A DNA stretch of 64,000 nucleotides, taken from assembly GCA_963666365.2 (NCBI GenBank), contig CAXXNF010000002.1, positions 1,248,001-1,312,000 on the forward strand, read 5' to 3'. The stretch comes from Syntrophales bacterium. Its GTDB lineage: Bacteria > Desulfobacterota > Syntrophia > Syntrophales > UBA2210. The position numbers and the translations under genes are program-made. Of the stretch, positions 20,201 through 29,970 are shown one piece after another. Within the stretch, counting starts at the first letter, position 1; every line of letters starts with the position of its first letter. A model generated the notes under the pieces. It was not told the DNA's origin. It ran no database searches and saw only the letters and a program-made list of their open reading frames with translations.

Positions 20201-20273
20201 ACTCTTCCTGCTTTTTAACTTTTCTTACTTTTCAACCTTTCCTACTTTTCATACTTTATCACTTTCCCTACTT
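20201..20273. repeat. Degenerate 8-9-nt minisatellite (ACTTTTCxT)
   Basis: actcttcct gcttttta acttttctt acttttca acctttcct acttttcat actttatc actttccct. Confidence 0.65.
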
Positions 20274-20279
20274 CGCTCT

Positions 20280-21470
20280 TCATACCGGGACATCGCCAAA
20301 GAGCCCCTTTGCTTTCAAAGCATCGATGGCAGCATCATCATATCCGAAAGAACGAAGAATCTCCCTGGTATCTTCACCCACGGCGCCTCCCGATTTTCGA
20401 TACTGCGGCACATAGGAAGAATATTTTACCGGATGGGCGATTTGAGGAATTTTTTTCCCGTTCGGTCCGGGTACCTGCACCACGATTTCACGACTCATCG
20501 CATGATCCGTAGCAACCGCTTCCCTGAAGGTAAGCACCGGTTCTACACAGCCGTCAATACCCGAAAACATGTCGATCCACTCTTCCATAGTGCGGGTGCG
20601 GATTATTTCCCCGATGCGCTGTTTCGATTGTTGCAGACATTCGAACTGAAGCACTGAGCCTTCCACCATATCGTCAAGTCCCAGCACCGTGCAAAAAGCC
20701 TCAAAGAACTGCGGTTCCAGGCCGCCGAAGGCAATATACCGTCCGTCGGCGGTTTCATAAAAATCATAGAGCGATCCGCCATTGAGCACTTCCGTTTCGT
20801 ATGAGCATTCCTGTGCATCGTACAATTCCCTCAGCGCGGCAACCGCATGGTAGGGGAACAACCCATCGACCATGGCGACATCAATATGCTGCCCTTTTCC
20901 GCTGGTCATTCGATAAATAACGGCGGCAAGTATCGCCATGACAGTGTTATTCGACCCCGAACCCACATCGGCGACCTGTATCCCCATGAGACCGGGTCCC
21001 TGCTCTTTCCTGCCGGAATAGGACATTATACCTGCAAGAGAAAGATAATTAATATCGTGTCCCACCCGTTCGGCCCATGGTCCGGACTGGCCGTAGCCGG
21101 TGAGTGAACAGTAGATGAGCGAGGGGTTGATTGAGGAAAGATGTTCGTAGGAAAGTCCCAGACGGTCCATCACACCGGGACGAAACTGCTCCAGCACGAT
21201 ATCGTATGTGTCTATAAGTCGCTCGATTATTTCGATGCCTTTTCTGTCCTTGAGATCCAACGCAAGGGATCGTTTATTGCGGTTCAGGTATGCATGGGAG
21301 AAAGATGTGGTTCCCTTTTCATCCACAAAGGGCGGATTGATGCGATTCAGATCGATGCGCGAAGGCGATTCGATACGCAGGACCTCGGCACCGAGATCAG
21401 CCAGGACCATGGTGGCGAAAGGACCGGGAAGAAGTGTCGAAAAATCGAGAATCTTCAGCTGAGAAAGCAC
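20280..21470 (-). CDS. Family III CoA-transferase (CaiB/BaiF, AMACR-like)
   Basis: LPGP, LADLGAEV, NRNKRS, FRPGV, GHDINY, QVAD. Confidence 0.93.
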   Translation of the reverse strand: MLSQLKILDFSTLLPGPFATMVLADLGAEVLRIESPSRIDLNRINPPFVDEKGTTSFSHAYLNRNKRSLALDLKDRKGIEIIERLIDTYDIVLEQFRPGVMDRLGLSYEHLSSINPSLIYCSLTGYGQSGPWAERVGHDINYLSLAGIMSYSGRKEQGPGLMGIQVADVGSGSNNTVMAILAAVIYRMTSGKGQHIDVAMVDGLFPYHAVAALRELYDAQECSYETEVLNGGSLYDFYETADGRYIAFGGLEPQFFEAFCTVLGLDDMVEGSVLQFECLQQSKQRIGEIIRTRTMEEWIDMFSGIDGCVEPVLTFREAVATDHAMSREIVVQVPGPNGKKIPQIAHPVKYSSYVPQYRKSGGAVGEDTREILRSFGYDDAAIDALKAKGLFGDVPV

Positions 21471-21601
21471 GGCATCCCCCTTGCGAAATGTTCAAAGCGA
21501 CGACTGCATAAAAAGCTCCCCATGATAAAGCATTTTACGGGTCCGTCAAAAGCGCCTCCGGCACATCCCCTACCTCGTGCTCCCTGATCACTGAGTTGGG
21601 G

Positions 21602-22246
21602 TCAGGGAATTTCGAATACCTGACCCACACCTCCCGCTCTGAAGGCTTCAGGATATCGCCGGGCTATTTCTTCCTTGTGCTGCGTACAGTGCGTGGGACA
21701 AATCAGATCGATTCCCTCGAGCAGCGTGAATTCTTCGAATCCATGAAATCCTCCTATGAGCGCCGATGTCCGGCCCACGGGGGCGACCGCTTCAAGAATC
21801 ACTTTTATACCCGGGTGGGAACACCCCACAACCGTGGCAAATCCTTTTTGCGTTTTTAGAAACAGCGCCTGTTCGATGCCACATAATTCGCCCGTAAGAT
21901 AGACGCCGTCGGCTGGTTCCATGGGGGCCTCTACCACTACCACCTCTCGTGCAAGAGAGGAAGAAATATCGAACGAGGGGGGCACAAACAGCCTGACATC
22001 ATCGTTCCGGCTGAGAAAATCGGGCAACCCTCCCACATGATCCCAGTGGTTATGAGAAACGATCACATCGTCTATCGAATCGGGGCTGACGCCCAGCAGT
22101 TCCATGTTCGAAAGAAGAATTTCTCCCTTGGCGCCGGTATCGAAAAGGATTTGCTTGTCTTCTTTTTCAATGAGACAGGCAAATCCCCAGTCGGCGGTCA
22201 GATCATTTCTCAATGAGGTATTATCGTACAGGATTGTCAGCTTCAT
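21602..22246 (-). CDS. MBL-fold metallo-hydrolase
   Basis: LFDTG, SHNHWDHVGG, GCSHPG, GGFH, PTHCT. Confidence 0.88.
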   Translation of the reverse strand: MKLTILYDNTSLRNDLTADWGFACLIEKEDKQILFDTGAKGEILLSNMELLGVSPDSIDDVIVSHNHWDHVGGLPDFLSRNDDVRLFVPPSFDISSSLAREVVVVEAPMEPADGVYLTGELCGIEQALFLKTQKGFATVVGCSHPGIKVILEAVAPVGRTSALIGGFHGFEEFTLLEGIDLICPTHCTQHKEEIARRYPEAFRAGGVGQVFEIP

Positions 22247-22250
22247 CACT

Positions 22251-22964
22251 TTACTCCTTTTCCGCCAAAAGCCACTCCACCAGTTCCTTGTCAAATATCT
22301 CCATCACATGCAGCGCTTCTTCCTGCCGCATATATTTTTTCGTTGCACCGTAGGCAGGCCCATCAAGTTTGAACAGTCTCTTTGCCGCCCTTCGGGCAGA
22401 TTCAAGAACATCATCCCCATTCGGTATCAGATCGTCGACAATCCCGCATTCGAAGGCCTCACGGGGGCTGTAGGCCCGTGCGTGAAGCAGCGCCTCCTTC
22501 CAGTAACGAGGAGGGATTGATGAACGGCAAATCGCCGATATCCAGCTAGGCAAGGCCATTTTATTCGCCACCTCGTTGATCTGAATTGTATAGGGGCCGT
22601 CAAGTGCCATAAAACGATCACAGGCATAGGATAAAATAGCGCCCCCTGCGATGGCATGCCCCCCATAGGCCGCAATGGTGGGTCGGGGAAACAAATAGAC
22701 CCTCAGCATTGTTTGCGCAAAGGTTCTCTGAAATTTCAACTGCTCCACGAGCGACTGTGTAGGAAGAAGCTTGAGATCGAGTCCCGCGGAAAACACACCG
22801 GGACGGCCCGTAAATATCAAGACATTAGCCTTATCGGACAATGTACGGTCCAGCGCATTATTCAGCTCTTGAAAAAACTCCCAGTTCATTACGTTCATTT
22901 TACCGTCGTCCAGGGTGATCTTTGCAATACCTTCTTCCATTACATAGTGCATTTTAGCCATCAT
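22251..22964 (-). CDS. Enoyl-CoA hydratase/isomerase family protein
   Basis: LDDGKMN, FSAGLDL, GHAIAGG, INEV. Confidence 0.88.
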   Translation of the reverse strand: MMAKMHYVMEEGIAKITLDDGKMNVMNWEFFQELNNALDRTLSDKANVLIFTGRPGVFSAGLDLKLLPTQSLVEQLKFQRTFAQTMLRVYLFPRPTIAAYGGHAIAGGAILSYACDRFMALDGPYTIQINEVANKMALPSWISAICRSSIPPRYWKEALLHARAYSPREAFECGIVDDLIPNGDDVLESARRAAKRLFKLDGPAYGATKKYMRQEEALHVMEIFDKELVEWLLAEKE

Positions 22965-23075
22965 TCAAAAACCGTCCTTCATTTTATTATTTTTTTATTC
23001 GGGTACCAAATATTCTCCCGGCATGCGGGAGCAGGCGGCGCCCGGGCGCCATGCTGCGGGCAGCCGCATTGCGTA

Positions 23076-23510
23076 TCAGAATGAGCCGAGCTGACAGGGG
23101 GATATTTTAATGGAAAGCGCCTGGCACAGGGCAGCCACGTCCATTTTCGGGCATCCGAACCGTGCAGCAATATCCCAGCAGGCGGCGCAACTCAGGCGCC
23201 CGTTGACAAGGGATTCCTCTATCGCCTTTCTGATCGGTTCATCAATCTGCGCAGCCGGTTCGACGATTCGCTTCCGGGCGCCATAGCCGAACAGCCCCAA
23301 TTGACATTTTTCAAGTTTTATTTCCAGTATATCCACCGCCATGCCCACCTCCAACGGTTCCACTTCACGGGTGCGCACAATCTTGAATGCCTGGGCACAG
23401 CTGATTTTTCCCTGAGATGCAGTTTCTTTCACCGCCTCCAGAAGCGCTTCACTCACCTTCGCCCCCTTCGGGTGCTTTGCCGCATAGTGACCGGCATCTT
23501 CGTGTGTCAT
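23076..23510 (-). CDS. Hypothetical protein with a duplicated Cys-containing domain
   Basis: ISCAQA...CQLGLF repeated as LSCAAC...CQLGSF. Confidence 0.75.
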   Translation of the reverse strand: MTHEDAGHYAAKHPKGAKVSEALLEAVKETASQGKISCAQAFKIVRTREVEPLEVGMAVDILEIKLEKCQLGLFGYGARKRIVEPAAQIDEPIRKAIEESLVNGRLSCAACWDIAARFGCPKMDVAALCQALSIKISPCQLGSF

Positions 23511-23520
23511 GAATCTTCTC

Positions 23521-23985
23521 CTAATATTTCATGTAATGAAAGGGCTCTATGGCCGCCAGAGCCGCCGCGTCAAGGGTCTCGAACCGGGAATCCTTCAGCG
23601 CCTTCTGCGTCTTTTCAAGCTGATCGACTTCAATGACAAACACCGCCTTTTCCCAGCTCTCGAGTACAAATCCATAGGCATTTTCCACATTGACGCCCTC
23701 TTCCGCCAGAAGCTGAATCAGCTTATCCAATCCTCCCGGTTTATCGGGGATCACCACGGCTATGACCGGCTTAAGGCTCACCGTCAGACCGGCGGCGCCC
23801 AGCGCTTTGTGAGCTTTTTCAGGATCGTCGGCCAGAATATTGATGACGCCGAATGCTTCGGAACTTGCTATGGTGATGGCCCTGATATTGATTTTTTCCC
23901 GTGCCAGAATCGCGGTGACTTTCGCCAGCCTTCCCGGTTTATTTTCCGCAAATATAGATAGTTGATAGGCGATCATAGTTTTCAA
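23521..23985 (-). CDS. ACT domain protein (paaK-associated)
   Basis: QLSIFAENKPGRL and DKPGGL tandem ACT domains; overlaps the paaK stop. Confidence 0.88.
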   Translation of the reverse strand: MKTMIAYQLSIFAENKPGRLAKVTAILAREKINIRAITIASSEAFGVINILADDPEKAHKALGAAGLTVSLKPVIAVVIPDKPGGLDKLIQLLAEEGVNVENAYGFVLESWEKAVFVIEVDQLEKTQKALKDSRFETLDAAALAAIEPFHYMKY

Positions 23986-25280
23986 TCCTTTCTATTGTCG
24001 ATAACCCGTACGGCCTTGCCTTCGCTCTTGGGAAGCGAATTCGGTTCCACAAGCTCCACCCTGGGGGTAATAAGAATATCGCTCTTCAACTCCTCTGTGA
24101 TCTTCCGTCTGAGATTTTCCAGTTGCTTTAAATTACCGGAGAAGAACTCCTTTTGCACCTCCACCTTGATGATCATGTGATCGTTGTAGCCTTCACGTTC
24201 AAGTATAATCAGGAAGTTGGTCCCCACCTCGGGCACATCCATAAGTTTCTTCTCGATCTGGATCGGAAATATGTTGACTCCCTTGATAATAAGCATATCG
24301 TCGGTTCTTCCCGTGATACGCTCTATCCGGCGATGGGTTCTTCCGCATTCACAGGCGCCGGGGATAATCCGGGTAAGGTCTTTTGTACGGTACCGCAGGA
24401 TCGGCATGCCTTCCCGCCGGAGCGTCGTAAGCACCAGTTCTCCCTCTTCACCCTCTGCTACCGGTTCCAGCGTCTGTGGATCTATCAACTCTACCAGGAA
24501 ATTGTCTTCCCATATGTGCATCCCCTGCTGGCGGGGGCATTCGAAGGCCACACCGGGTCCGTTCATTTCGGAAAGACCGTAGGAGTTGTATGCCTTGATG
24601 CCGTAAAATTCTTCCACTTTTCCTCGCGTCTTTTCTGAGTGCGGTTCAGCCCCCAGAAAACCGATGCGGAGCTTTGTGTCTCTTCTGGGATCCACGCCAA
24701 GCTCTTGAAACACCTCGGTCAGATGAAGCGCGTAACTGGGAATGATGTGAATCGTCGTCGTTTCAAAGTCTTTTATCAACTGGATCTGACGCTTGCTGTT
24801 TCCGGCGCCCGCAGGGATAATCAGGGCACCGACTCGCTCCGCCCCGTAATGAAATCCAAGCCCTCCCGTAAAAAGTCCGTAGGTCATCATGTTCTGGAAT
24901 ACATCACTCTTCCTCATGCCGGTCATGTACATGGAACGGGCAACCATATCCGTCCAGGCATCCAGATCGCGGGAGGTGTGAAATATGACGGTCGCACGGC
25001 CGGTCGTACCCGATGAGGAGTGCATGCGCACCAGTTCTTCCTTCGGTACGCTCAAAAACCCATAGGGCCAATGATCTCTCAGATCATCCTTTGTGGTAAG
25101 GGGTATTTTTCTGATGTCGTCTATGGATTTAACCGAGTCGGGATCGAATCCAATCTTTGCAAACAGTCCTTTATAAAACACCGATAGGGATGCCTGTTTC
25201 ACGGAATCCTTCAGCCCTTGAAGCTGGCGTTCCTCCAGATCATTACGGGTCATAGTCTCAACTGATTTGTCCCAATACAT
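23982..25280 (-). CDS. paaK: Phenylacetate-CoA ligase
   Basis: HSSSGTTG, YGLFTGGLG, YGLSE, RYRTKD, GRTDDM, LPKSEGK. Confidence 0.92.
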   Translation of the reverse strand: MYWDKSVETMTRNDLEERQLQGLKDSVKQASLSVFYKGLFAKIGFDPDSVKSIDDIRKIPLTTKDDLRDHWPYGFLSVPKEELVRMHSSSGTTGRATVIFHTSRDLDAWTDMVARSMYMTGMRKSDVFQNMMTYGLFTGGLGFHYGAERVGALIIPAGAGNSKRQIQLIKDFETTTIHIIPSYALHLTEVFQELGVDPRRDTKLRIGFLGAEPHSEKTRGKVEEFYGIKAYNSYGLSEMNGPGVAFECPRQQGMHIWEDNFLVELIDPQTLEPVAEGEEGELVLTTLRREGMPILRYRTKDLTRIIPGACECGRTHRRIERITGRTDDMLIIKGVNIFPIQIEKKLMDVPEVGTNFLIILEREGYNDHMIIKVEVQKEFFSGNLKQLENLRRKITEELKSDILITPRVELVEPNSLPKSEGKAVRVIDNRKD

Positions 25281-25464
25281 TTTTTAGATCACGCTCCTTT
25301 GGAAATAATGTAAGGTTTGTACAACCGTAAGGGTAAATTATCAAGTCAAAACTGTTTTTCAGGACCCGAACTTCCCGGAAGGGAACCTGCGATGAAAATC
25401 ACGCTTCCTTTCAGAGAGCTTCTTTGCTAGATTGAATGCAGAAACTATCAGAAACAGGCATTCC

Positions 25465-26628
25465 ATGTCCCTTTTCCAACATACAAGCACCATCCTTGTC
25501 ACCTGTGCCGCGGGTATTGCACCCCACGTGGAGAGAGAACTCATTACGATGGGATTCCCCGTCGTCACGGGTCATGCCTTCGGCGTAGAAACAGAGGGGA
25601 CATTGGCCGATACCATGTCACTCAACCTGTACATCCGAACAGGCCAGCGCGTGCTCTATCTTATTGCGGATATGAAGGCCGACACACCGCAGGACCTCTA
25701 CAGGGCAGTCTACAATCTGCCCTGGGAAGAGTATATTGATGCATCTGGATACGTGTCGATTGCATCGGTCGTCGACACCCCGTCCATCAACAATTCTCAA
25801 TTTGCCAATCTCAAGTGCAAGGATGCCCTGGCGGACAGATTTTACGCCAAGGCAGGACGACGTCCACATTCGGGTCCGTCACGGGATCGCACGGTGCTTT
25901 TTCTCTACTGGAAGGGAAATCGTTGCAGCCTCTACGTTGACACCTCCGGTGAATCCATCTCCCGAAGAGGCTATCGCATACGCTCTGTGGAAGCCCCGCT
26001 CCAGGAAGCACTGGGCGCGGCACTTATTTATGAATCCTGCTGGCAGCAGCAAGAGCATTTCATTAACCCCATGTGCGGAAGCGGCACCCTTGCCATCGAA
26101 GCGGCCCTGATGGGACTCCAAAGGGCACCCGGTCTTACACGCACAAATTTCGGCTTCATGCACATCCTGGGTTTTGACAGACATGCCTGGCGAGCGCTTT
26201 GCAGCAGGGCATGGAAACAATCGCTGCACGATATTCCGGGTCGCATCATCGCCTCCGACATCGACAAAAACGCCGTCGCAGCGGCACGGGAGAATGCCGC
26301 CCGCGCAGGCGTGATGGAGTGCATTGAATTTATTACCTGCGACTTTCGTGATACTCCGATACCGCCGGGAAGCGGCGTCGTCATGATGAATCCGGAATAT
26401 GGAAAGCGTCTGGGCAACGCGGCAAAACTGCGCACTGTCTACTCCGAAATAGGAGACTTTCTAAAACGGCACTGTCAGGGATACCGTGCCTACATTTTTA
26501 CAGGAAATCTGGAGCTGTCAAAGCAGATAGGTCTGAGATCGAAAAAGAGGACTTCTTTTTTTAACGGCCCTCTCGAATGCCGCCTTCTTGAATACGAACT
26601 GTATTCAGGCAGTAAAAGAAACCCCTGA
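25465..26628 (+). CDS. THUMP-domain RNA methyltransferase (RlmL-like)
   Basis: DTSG...RRGYR, PMCGSGT, NPEYGKR, FFNGPLEC. Confidence 0.88.
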   Translation: MSLFQHTSTILVTCAAGIAPHVERELITMGFPVVTGHAFGVETEGTLADTMSLNLYIRTGQRVLYLIADMKADTPQDLYRAVYNLPWEEYIDASGYVSIASVVDTPSINNSQFANLKCKDALADRFYAKAGRRPHSGPSRDRTVLFLYWKGNRCSLYVDTSGESISRRGYRIRSVEAPLQEALGAALIYESCWQQQEHFINPMCGSGTLAIEAALMGLQRAPGLTRTNFGFMHILGFDRHAWRALCSRAWKQSLHDIPGRIIASDIDKNAVAAARENAARAGVMECIEFITCDFRDTPIPPGSGVVMMNPEYGKRLGNAAKLRTVYSEIGDFLKRHCQGYRAYIFTGNLELSKQIGLRSKKRTSFFNGPLECRLLEYELYSGSKRNP

Positions 26629-26726
26629 AATAGACAAAAAGGTTTTTTACCTTGCAACTTCCGCCGTTAGTACATACACTGCAGCCGAGCAGTACGACGA
26701 AAAAATCAACAGGGAGGCCTCATACC

Positions 26727-28616
26727 ATGCCTGCGGCGACCGAAACCCACTGGCAGGACAAAATTGTAGCCCCGGAAGAAATAATAGGCCACATTCATCC
26801 CGGCATGAAAATATTTATCGGCACCGGTGCCGCTGAACCGAGAACGCTGATCAATGCGGTGATACGGTCGGAGGAACGAAATCTCAGAGATCTGGAATTT
26901 ATCCAGCTGTTAAGCCTGGGAGACGCGTTGCCGAAGGACGAAAAGCAGGCACAGAAATATCGCCTGAAGACTTTTTTTTCGGGATTCGTGGCCAGTGAAG
27001 CAATCGAACAGGGCCGTGTCGACTTGATACCCAGTGTACAATCGCGCATTCCCTCACTCATCTCATCGGGAATTATTGATATCGATGCCGCCTTTGTCCA
27101 GATAACTCCCCCCGATGAGCGAGGCTTTTGCAGTCTCGGCGTTGCCGTTGACGTCGCCCGGCTTGCCATGGAAAAAGCCTCTCTTGTGGTAGGCGAAATC
27201 AATACAGAAATACCCTTCACCATGGGAGACACCTTCGTTCACATCAGCGAATTCGACTTTCTTGTCAATGCAACATACCCGCCTCATTATTTTCCAAGGT
27301 GGCAGGTACCCGAAATCTTTAAAAAACTGGCGCTGAACGTGGCGTCAATGGTGGAGGACGGCGCCAGCATCGCCTTTACGTTCGGTCCCCTTTTTGAAGC
27401 ACTTGTGGAACCGCTCTCGCGAAAGCAGAATCTCAGCGTGCATTCCCTCGTAATGACCGACGCGCTTATGGAGCTTATAAAAAGCGGCGCCGTAACCAAC
27501 AAAAATAAGCTCTTTTTCAGAAACAAAAGCGTTACCTGTTACGCCCAGGGGACGCCGGAACTCTACCACTGGCTTGATCACAATTCTCAGGTGGAATTTC
27601 AGAACATCCACGTCGTCATGAGCCCGACCATTCTCGCCCAGATGGAACAATATATAAAGATACTTCCGGCACGAAAGGTGGATTTGAACGGCGTGGTGGC
27701 CCTCCAGGTGAGAAGAGGGAATGTGACTCTCGACCCCGGCGATGTCCATGCCGTCTTCTACGGCGCAGCCCTTTCTCCCGGCGGAAGAACCATTTTTGCG
27801 CTTCCGAGCCGAAACCGGGAGGGTGAATCGAATATTCTTTTATCGGCCAGCGATCAACCCAACCAGTTTACCAACAGTGAATCGCTCGACTTGATAGTAA
27901 CGGAATACGGGGTCGCCTCCATGAGGGGCCGAACGAGGCGCGAGCGGGCGCTGGCGCTGATCGATATCGCCCATCCCGACGATCGCGGGGAACTCGTCCA
28001 GCAGGCTAAAGACGCCAACATTCTCTACCGGGATCAGATCTACCTGACCGAATCAGGACACTGCTACCCCTACGACATCACCTACCGTCACACGTTCAAG
28101 GATGGGCTGTTTACCGTCTGGTTCCGTCCCATCAAGCCATCGGACGAAGACGATATGCGCAGGATTTTCTATCGCTTTTCCGATCAGGCCGTATATTATC
28201 GATATTTTACGCCGATCAAAACGATGCCCCATATGAAGATGCAGGAATACGTCAACATCGATTATCAGAATGTCATGTCTATCGTAGCAGTCGTGGAAGA
28301 GAGCGGGGTGGAAAAGATCATTGCCGAGGGGCGGTACGTATGCACCCCCCATAGTCCCTACGCCGATGTCGCCTTCATTGTCGACGAAAAATATCAGGGG
28401 ATGGGACTTGCCACTTACCTCTTTGAATTGCTCATCAATACGGCAAAGAAAAAGGGAATCCCGGGATTTTCCGCGGACGTGCTTACTGAAAACAAACCGA
28501 TGCTTAAGGTATTCGAGAGCTCACCCTACCCTGTCCACGCAGTTGTCAGCGCAGGGGTCTATGAATTGACCATCCCCTTTGTGGAGGAAAAAAGTAAAAC
28601 ACTCCCGCAACCCTGA
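26727..28616 (+). CDS. Acetyl-CoA hydrolase/transferase-like domain fused to a C-terminal GNAT acetyltransferase
   Basis: PPDERGFCSLG, VTEYGVA, RALALIDIAHPDDR; C-terminal RPIKPSD, YQGMGLA, ENKPML; GGAGG RBS. Confidence 0.88.
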   Translation: MPAATETHWQDKIVAPEEIIGHIHPGMKIFIGTGAAEPRTLINAVIRSEERNLRDLEFIQLLSLGDALPKDEKQAQKYRLKTFFSGFVASEAIEQGRVDLIPSVQSRIPSLISSGIIDIDAAFVQITPPDERGFCSLGVAVDVARLAMEKASLVVGEINTEIPFTMGDTFVHISEFDFLVNATYPPHYFPRWQVPEIFKKLALNVASMVEDGASIAFTFGPLFEALVEPLSRKQNLSVHSLVMTDALMELIKSGAVTNKNKLFFRNKSVTCYAQGTPELYHWLDHNSQVEFQNIHVVMSPTILAQMEQYIKILPARKVDLNGVVALQVRRGNVTLDPGDVHAVFYGAALSPGGRTIFALPSRNREGESNILLSASDQPNQFTNSESLDLIVTEYGVASMRGRTRRERALALIDIAHPDDRGELVQQAKDANILYRDQIYLTESGHCYPYDITYRHTFKDGLFTVWFRPIKPSDEDDMRRIFYRFSDQAVYYRYFTPIKTMPHMKMQEYVNIDYQNVMSIVAVVEESGVEKIIAEGRYVCTPHSPYADVAFIVDEKYQGMGLATYLFELLINTAKKKGIPGFSADVLTENKPMLKVFESSPYPVHAVVSAGVYELTIPFVEEKSKTLPQP

Positions 28617-28632
28617 TCAGACCAAGGATAGA

Positions 28633-29709
28633 ATGACCATGTATGCAGTAGTCATGGCGGGCGGCCGGGGCACCCGATTCTGGCCGCTCAGCAGAGAATC
28701 AAAACCGAAACAGTTACTGAATCTGAGGGGAGAAAAAACCCTCATTCAGGAAACGGTCGAACGCATTGCGCCCCTTGTCCCTCTGGACAACGTGCTTATC
28801 GTCACCGGCGCCGCGCATGCGGACGATGTTATGGCACAGTTTCCGACGCTGCCAAGGGAACAGGTCCTCGTCGAACCGCGGGGAAGAAACACCGCCCCCT
28901 GCATAGGACTGGCGGCGCTTTCCATCAAAAAAAGGGACCCCGAAGCGGTCATGGTAGTGCTCCCGGCAGATCATGTGATTTCGCGAACACCCGCTTTTAT
29001 CGATGCACTTTCAACGGCAATCTCCACTGCACGGAAAAGCAACTATCTGGTCACTGTCGGAATCAAACCGGAGGCGCCGGAGACCGGCTATGGATATATT
29101 GAAGGGGGCGATCCCCTTTCGCCGGATACCGGTTCGTCAGTCCTCAGAGTAGCGTCATTTCGGGAAAAGCCGGATCTGCCGACGGCCCGCTCCTTTCTTG
29201 AAAAGGGGACCTTTTACTGGAACAGCGGCATGTTCGTATGGAAAGTTTCTTCCATAATGAAGGCGCTTCAGGAGACACTCCCCGAGCTGTACAGGGAGCT
29301 TTTGATGCTGGAAGGGACGCTGGGAACCCCCGATGAGAACGAGGCAATCAAAGAAGCCTACGATCGCATTGAGGCAATCTCCATAGATTACGGCGTGATG
29401 GAGAAGGCCTCCAATGTCCTTATCGTACCGGGTGATTTCGGCTGGAACGACCTGGGAAGTTGGGACGCCCTCTGGGCCATTTCGGAAAAAGACGGGAACA
29501 ATAATGTGCTACGCGGCAACGTTATTACGGCTGATGCATGCGACTCGCTTGTCTTCTCAAAGGATAAGCTTGTCACACTTGTGGGGGTCGATAATCTGAT
29601 AGTGGTCGAAACGGATGATGCACTCCTGATACTGAAGCGAGGCCATTCCCAGGACGTAAAAAATGCGGTGGAAATATTGGAAAACCGGGAATGGAAAGGG
29701 TACCTTTAA
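28633..29709 (+). CDS. manC: Mannose-1-phosphate guanylyltransferase
   Basis: MAGGRGTRFWPLSR, PKQ, GRNTAP, PETGYGY, WNSGMF, SIDYGVME, WNDLGSW. Confidence 0.93.
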   Translation: MTMYAVVMAGGRGTRFWPLSRESKPKQLLNLRGEKTLIQETVERIAPLVPLDNVLIVTGAAHADDVMAQFPTLPREQVLVEPRGRNTAPCIGLAALSIKKRDPEAVMVVLPADHVISRTPAFIDALSTAISTARKSNYLVTVGIKPEAPETGYGYIEGGDPLSPDTGSSVLRVASFREKPDLPTARSFLEKGTFYWNSGMFVWKVSSIMKALQETLPELYRELLMLEGTLGTPDENEAIKEAYDRIEAISIDYGVMEKASNVLIVPGDFGWNDLGSWDALWAISEKDGNNNVLRGNVITADACDSLVFSKDKLVTLVGVDNLIVVETDDALLILKRGHSQDVKNAVEILENREWKGYL

Positions 29710-29715
29710 ACATCT

Positions 29716-29970
29716 ATGACTGTTGCAACCATCATCGGCCTGGCCGCCGCCGTACTTTCGTCGCTTTCAATGGCACCGCAGGTCATAAAAATTTTCAGGA
29801 CCAAGAAAACGGATGATCTTTCTCTGGGCGCTTTCGGTGCGCTCGCATTGGGACTTTTTCTCTGGCTCGTCTATGGCATACTTATCGGGGAACTCCCCGT
29901 CATTCTGGGCAATGCCGTTGGGCTGGCCATGGTGATGTATATCGTCATCATGAAGATCCTGCACAAGTAA
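29716..29970 (+). CDS. SemiSWEET/PQ-loop transporter
   Basis: 84 aa, three TM helices, PQVIK...TDDLS, WLVYG, PVILGN. Confidence 0.88.
   Translation: MTVATIIGLAAAVLSSLSMAPQVIKIFRTKKTDDLSLGAFGALALGLFLWLVYGILIGELPVILGNAVGLAMVMYIVIMKILHK

Noticed and set aside
25360..25391. CCGGAAGG hairpin resembling the SRP RNA loop
   Set aside because: The flanking conserved SRP internal-loop bases and long stem are missing.
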